The notes beneath the pieces are model-generated. The model had not been told where the DNA came from. It was given only the letters and a program-made list of their open reading frames with translations, and did no database searches. The position numbers were made by a program, and so were the translations under genes. This document shows positions 16,744 to 20,572 of a stretch of DNA of 20,572 nt, piece after piece. Position 1 is the stretch's first letter. The number at the start of each line of letters is the position of its first letter. The DNA comes from Hormoscilla sp. (GTDB taxonomy: Bacteria > Cyanobacteriota > Cyanobacteriia > Cyanobacteriales > Desertifilaceae). The stretch spans positions 1-20,572 of the forward strand of contig JBFRWI010000150.1 of NCBI GenBank assembly GCA_051439505.1. The letters are read 5' to 3'.

Positions 16744-17334
16744 ATGACAAGCACGCAAACAAGCACCGGCTTAGGCGGGACAGGAGCGGTGGCGATCGCC
16801 TCATTGCCAGACTCCCCAGAACAGAGTAAACATAAACCCGGAATCAAGGAATTGCTGGCCCAGTTGCAAGACGCGATCGCATCGGAGTCGAACCTAGACG
16901 AAGAGGATAAAGAGAAGGCGCTGAAACATTTGAATAACCTGGCAACAGTTGTAAAAAAACCGGGGGTAAACGGCCAAAATGGCACCGGCTTAGCCAATTC
17001 AACCCTCGATCGAACTGAAATAGAATCCCTAGAAAAGTTGTACAGCTTCAAGGAACCCCAAGCGGTCTATGATTTTCTGGAAGAATATCCATTTCTGGTT
17101 CCCCTCTTGCAAGAAGCCCAGGTCGAGATTCGCAAACATTTTCCCAACTCACGGCTGTTTCTGAAATACGTCACAGATCCGGAAATTTATAACCCGGAAC
17201 TAGCAATCTATATTACCAGACCGGAAAATATGGACGTGGAAGAGAGGATCGATCTCCTGGAACGCCTTGATGATGATTGGTGGTTGGATGCTGAACCCCG
17301 ATCGCAAGGAAAAATGTTTATCAATTTTGGATAG
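16744..17334 (+). CDS. Hypothetical two-domain protein, putative antitoxin/partner of the downstream HEPN protein
   Basis: Good RBS; stop is 3 nt before the HEPN ATG. N-terminal helical segment PGIKELLAQLQDAI..EDKEKAL and an acidic C-terminal domain (FLEEYPFLVPLL..TDPE..LDDDWWLD). No G-S-x-D-x-D MNT signature seen. Confidence 0.75.
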   Translation: MTSTQTSTGLGGTGAVAIASLPDSPEQSKHKPGIKELLAQLQDAIASESNLDEEDKEKALKHLNNLATVVKKPGVNGQNGTGLANSTLDRTEIESLEKLYSFKEPQAVYDFLEEYPFLVPLLQEAQVEIRKHFPNSRLFLKYVTDPEIYNPELAIYITRPENMDVEERIDLLERLDDDWWLDAEPRSQGKMFINFG

Positions 17335-17337
17335 AAA

Positions 17338-17700
17338 ATGAGTTTTGATTGGTCGCAATATTTGCATCTAGCGCAAGAACTTGCAGAAGAAACTACAGAT
17401 GAAGCCAAAATGCGATCGGCTATTAGTCGCGCCTATTATGCTGCTTTCATCAAGGCCCGAAACTATTTGCAAGAACGGGAAGGTTTGACAATTCCCACCC
17501 AAAACAGCCACCAGTATGTTATCAACCAATTTAAGGATAGCAAAGAAAAAGTGCGTGAAAAGATAGGTAACAGGTTGAAACGCCTGCGAGATTATCGTAA
17601 TCAAGCTGATTATGATAATACATTTCCCGACTTAGCTGAGAGGACTAAGGAGTCGTTAACCTTGGGTAGGCGGATTATTTCTGGGTTGGGTAATCTCTGA
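17338..17700 (+). CDS. HEPN domain protein (UPF0332-like), putative toxin
   Basis: RSAISRAYYAAF helix, SH motif and LRDYRNQADY (RxxADY); 120 aa, predicted all-helical. Confidence 0.85.
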   Translation: MSFDWSQYLHLAQELAEETTDEAKMRSAISRAYYAAFIKARNYLQEREGLTIPTQNSHQYVINQFKDSKEKVREKIGNRLKRLRDYRNQADYDNTFPDLAERTKESLTLGRRIISGLGNL

Positions 17701-17760
17701 TATTGTATAGCAATCCCAAATCCGTTGTGAAAACTGAAAAAATGGTTGATGGGCATCTTT

Positions 17761-17826
17761 AAGCCCGCGCAGGCGGGCTTTGTTCATGTAGCCCGACCCT
17801 TTAGGGTTGGGGCTTTAGGGTTGGGG
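17761..17826 (+). repeat. REP-like double hairpin (GTAG-type) with 14-bp terminal tandem duplication
   Basis: AAGCCCGC-GCAG-GCGGGCTT, then GTAG-CCCGACCC-TTTA-GGGTTGGG; CTTTAGGGTTGGGG occurs twice (17799-17826). Confidence 0.7.
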
Positions 17827-18675
17827 CGGCGGTGGCGGTCTGTGGGTGACATTGTATCGCCGAGAAATCATCCTCAGAAAAACAGCGATCGCGCCCAAAG
17901 AGATCAACCCCACCAACCCAGCCAAAGGATTACCATCAATACCAGTTACCCAGGTAGGGACTTGTGGAGAATAGGCCAGCAACTGACCGACATTAACGAT
18001 ATAATAGCCCCAAACTAATCCCCCATGGAGACCGATCGGGAAACCGAGGCGTCCGCGAGTACAGCGTTTAGCCCAAACCAAATTCAACCCCAGCAGCAGC
18101 AAACCCGGAAACTGGGCCCCTGTCCGGATCACCTCCGAAAGAGGTTTAATAAAGTGCAGCAGGGCAAATAAAAAAGCGTCAAGCCAGAGTGACGCCTTCA
18201 TAGTATAATCTCTCTGTAACTCATCCAGCAGCCAGCCTCGGAAGCATAACTCTTCCGCAAAGCCCACTGCCAAACCCACCAGTAACCCTTCGGGAATTAT
18301 TACTAGCCGGAATGTACTGGGTAGCCGCCAAGAAAGCCAACCCAGGAGTTCCTGGACAGTCAACATAGACAGGATGCTAACCAGGCCCAGGCCCAGTCCT
18401 GCTAGCAGTTCTAAACCATTTTGTTTGATTAATTTCAGACCATAGCCCTGCAATACCCGGGGTTGTCCGTAAACCCTCTTACCCCACAGCCTGACTAGAA
18501 AGATAAATTCCCCGTACAGCAGGGCCATCGTGATGATGCTGACCAAATTGCGATCGCCCACCCATAAATAAATGGGTGCTGCCAGGGGAACCCAAAGCAA
18601 CAGTAAAATCAACAGGAAGATAGCCATCCGCACCGGGGCCGGATAGCTAGCTAAATGGCTAGTCCTCTGGTTCAA
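17815..18675 (-). CDS. CPBP (CAAX/Abi) family intramembrane metalloprotease
   Basis: Multiple TM helices; EELCFRG, FALLH and IGLHGG motifs. The TTG start overlaps the clpS 3' end, so the start is uncertain. Confidence 0.9.
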   Translation of the reverse strand: MNQRTSHLASYPAPVRMAIFLLILLLLWVPLAAPIYLWVGDRNLVSIITMALLYGEFIFLVRLWGKRVYGQPRVLQGYGLKLIKQNGLELLAGLGLGLVSILSMLTVQELLGWLSWRLPSTFRLVIIPEGLLVGLAVGFAEELCFRGWLLDELQRDYTMKASLWLDAFLFALLHFIKPLSEVIRTGAQFPGLLLLGLNLVWAKRCTRGRLGFPIGLHGGLVWGYYIVNVGQLLAYSPQVPTWVTGIDGNPLAGLVGLISLGAIAVFLRMISRRYNVTHRPPPPPQP

Positions 18676-18940
18676 TGGTACTGGTCAGGCCGTGAAGCTT
18701 CAAATTTTCGCAATAGAACTCAGCATGTTCCAGGGCACAGACTATCACCAAAGCAATCCCATTATTGTGGGCTTCCATCATAATACTGACAGCCTGGGGT
18801 TCCGTCAGACTGCTGACCGTCTTCAGCAACACCTCCACCACATACTCCATACTATTGAAATCGTCGTTATGAAGTAGCACCCGATAGCGAGGGGCTAGTT
18901 TCCGAGTAGTCTTTGGCTTCTCTAGAGTTTGTACCGACAT
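18659..18940 (-). CDS. clpS: ATP-dependent Clp protease adaptor ClpS
   Basis: YRVLLHNDDFNSMEYVV, AVSIMMEAHNNG and EHAEFYCE; GAGGTG RBS. Confidence 0.97.
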   Translation of the reverse strand: MSVQTLEKPKTTRKLAPRYRVLLHNDDFNSMEYVVEVLLKTVSSLTEPQAVSIMMEAHNNGIALVIVCALEHAEFYCENLKLHGLTSTIEPED

Positions 18941-19229
18941 ATTGCTTCACCTCTTTGAGTCTCACATGTCATGCGATCGCGCCATCGGGTCCCACCCTGG
19001 GGCTTGCCGTCTTTTAGCGGTTGACATAATAATCTTTTTATGGTAATAGCTGTTCACCACTAAGACATTTACAGCTTGGAGGTGGAATCACTCCCATGGC
19101 GATCGGGATTAACTTAATATTTTTTATAGCATTCAATTATGGGATCCGACAGATATTTGCGGTACATTAATCGATAGAACCGGAAATCACAGTCCCACAG
19201 GGGGTTACCCCGACGAGACATCAGAAACA

Positions 19230-19592
19230 GTGAAGATGAATCGCGAATTTCAGCCCCTAGAGATCCTCTACCTAGAATCAGGGGGCGCCAGGCTGTATGC
19301 AGAAGTAATCCAAATAGTCAAATCTCGCCAGCTAGCCTGGGTGCGCCCCCTCATGCTTGCAGATGCTAGCCTCGATCCCAGGGAAACGCCAACCTTGTAC
19401 GACATGCGTAATGGTGCCGATTTGCTTTGGCCCCTAGCCTTATTCCAGCCAGCCCTGGATACCGAAGTCATTCCCCTGCTAGTCCAGCTGGAAGTCCACC
19501 AGACCGATCGGCTAGGACCACCGCCAGCTGCTCGACAACTCAGAGCCTTTGTCGAGCAAGTTTGGCTTGACCACCAGAACATTTTTCAATAA
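19230..19592 (+). CDS. Conserved cyanobacterial hypothetical protein
   Basis: LYAEVIQIV..RQLAWVRPLML and DLLWP..LFQPALDTEVIPLL, recalled from cyanobacterial hypotheticals. Start GTG 19230 or ATG 19236. Confidence 0.75.
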   Translation: MKMNREFQPLEILYLESGGARLYAEVIQIVKSRQLAWVRPLMLADASLDPRETPTLYDMRNGADLLWPLALFQPALDTEVIPLLVQLEVHQTDRLGPPPAARQLRAFVEQVWLDHQNIFQ

Positions 19593-19843
19593 TTCCCTAT
19601 ATTTGCAAGCCATAAATTATCATATTCACAATATTTTAATCGCCAGAAATCACGATGTTTAGCACCCTGATTGCCCGATCGCAAATTAATTTCCCCATAC
19701 AAACTTTCACATCATACCGCAGCTCTAAATTAAGTAGGTGTGCATTTTTCAACTGAATTATGTCAAGTTTTTCTAAGGTTGACATAATGCCTGAAAGCAC
19801 CTGCCATAAATTGTTTCAGCCATAATACAATTCCAACTTTAAC

Positions 19844-19884
19844 AACTACGAACTACGAATTACGAACTACGAACTACGAACTAC
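19844..19884 (+). repeat. Heptamer STRR (AACTACG) x about 6
   Basis: aactacg aactacg aattacg aactacg aactacg aactac, directly abutting the stop codon of the downstream minus-strand gene. Confidence 0.92.
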
Positions 19885-20079
19885 TTAGGGGCTAGGTACT
19901 AACTGAATCCGACCAGCATCCATCTCCGCCATCATCAGTTCCAGGGCCTCATAATCAACATCAGAGATATAACCCAGTCGGGTCAGTTCGGTATTGATTT
20001 CATTCTCGATCTCCGGGGTAAGTCGCTTGATGTCAAGGACTCGTTCTACTAGCTGACGAATAACACCTGTAGCTTTCAT
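19885..20079 (-). CDS. Small conserved hypothetical protein (64 aa)
   Basis: MKATGVIRQLVERVLDIKRLTPEIENEIN..ISDVDYEALELMMAEMDAGRIQLV, an amphipathic helical pattern. ATG at 20079 preferred over 20103. Confidence 0.72.
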   Translation of the reverse strand: MKATGVIRQLVERVLDIKRLTPEIENEINTELTRLGYISDVDYEALELMMAEMDAGRIQLVPSP

Positions 20080-20572
20080 GGGTTTAACTTTCAACTCCTG
20101 CAACTATACTAAAATTATCTCCGAGATCGCCGCCAGTCAAGGTGATCTCTTGTGGAGACAAAAAGTGATTTTTATCACTGAAAAAGGAGAATTAAAGGGG
20201 TGCATCCCAGTTTGGCAAATTGACAATTTGGTAATTAAAATAATGAATTCAAAAATTTAAATATAAACCAGAGCAAGTTGGCTATTTTCCATTCGACCTA
20301 GCGATCCGGTGTCGCGCACTGCGTATACGCAACGCCGCAGTATGCTCCCAATTAAAGTAGACTATCTGGTAAACTTGCAGTAGCCTGCAATACAAGATAT
20401 TAGCCAAGTTGGCCCGCAGTACCGAATCGAGCCAGGCCGCAGAAAATAGAGTTGTGACTAAGTACCTAAAAACTTACACATCTCTCATCTTTAGGGGAAT
20501 TATCAGTACGAGAAAGGGGTTATTGGGGTATAAATAAGGATAAATTTTTCGGTATTGTTAAGTAGAGGAGGC

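Larger units (their letters stand above)
845..18980. repeat. HIP1 octamers (GCGATCGC), dispersed
   Basis: At least 16 copies counted (845, 2666, 5508, 5543, 5918, 7113, 7376, 9609, 10084, 10428, 11192, 16792, 16873, 17885, 18550, 18973) against under 1 expected by chance. Confidence 0.95.

Noticed and set aside
16650..17051. 133-aa minus-strand ORF
   Set aside because: Antisense to the RBS-supported 16744 gene and ends inside a repeat.
17746..18018. 90-aa plus-strand ORF
   Set aside because: It begins in a REP element and runs antisense to the CPBP protease gene.
20078..20260. 60-aa plus-strand ORF
   Set aside because: No RBS or motif; it overlaps the start and promoter region of the minus-strand small gene.
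20380..20393. GTA-N8-TAC as an NtcA box
   Set aside because: About five such matches are expected by chance in 20 kb, and there is no -10 at the canonical 22-nt spacing.

Overview
Cyanobacterial chromosomal window: at least 16 HIP1 GCGATCGC octamers, heptamer tandem repeats and cyanobacterial gene order; the repeat families suggest a filamentous Oscillatoriales-type strain (inference). The left two-thirds is core genome: cupin, HesB/IscA, the str operon (rpsL-rpsG-fusA-tuf-rpsJ), a LON N-domain protein, pheA, DUF1997, panC/cmk, a short rlpA, purM and a pentapeptide protein. The intergenic gap at 8.7-9.2 kb is a stack of palindromic elements, including a MITE with 17-bp TIRs and a 10-bp target duplication. 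From 13.5 to 17.8 kb is an accessory-looking segment: tandem REP-like repeats, a Uma2 nuclease, tRNA-Lys(CTT), a probable diverged 6S RNA, a tandem pseudokinase-kinase whose first copy has lost the catalytic residues, and a two-gene module (chimeric partner protein plus HEPN). The right end has a CPBP protease, clpS and two small hypothetical genes. The best candidate for an undescribed system is the pseudokinase-kinase plus partner-HEPN locus. The G-tract/C-tract repeats with equal-length variable cores are also unusual. All homology calls are from motif recognition; no searches were run.
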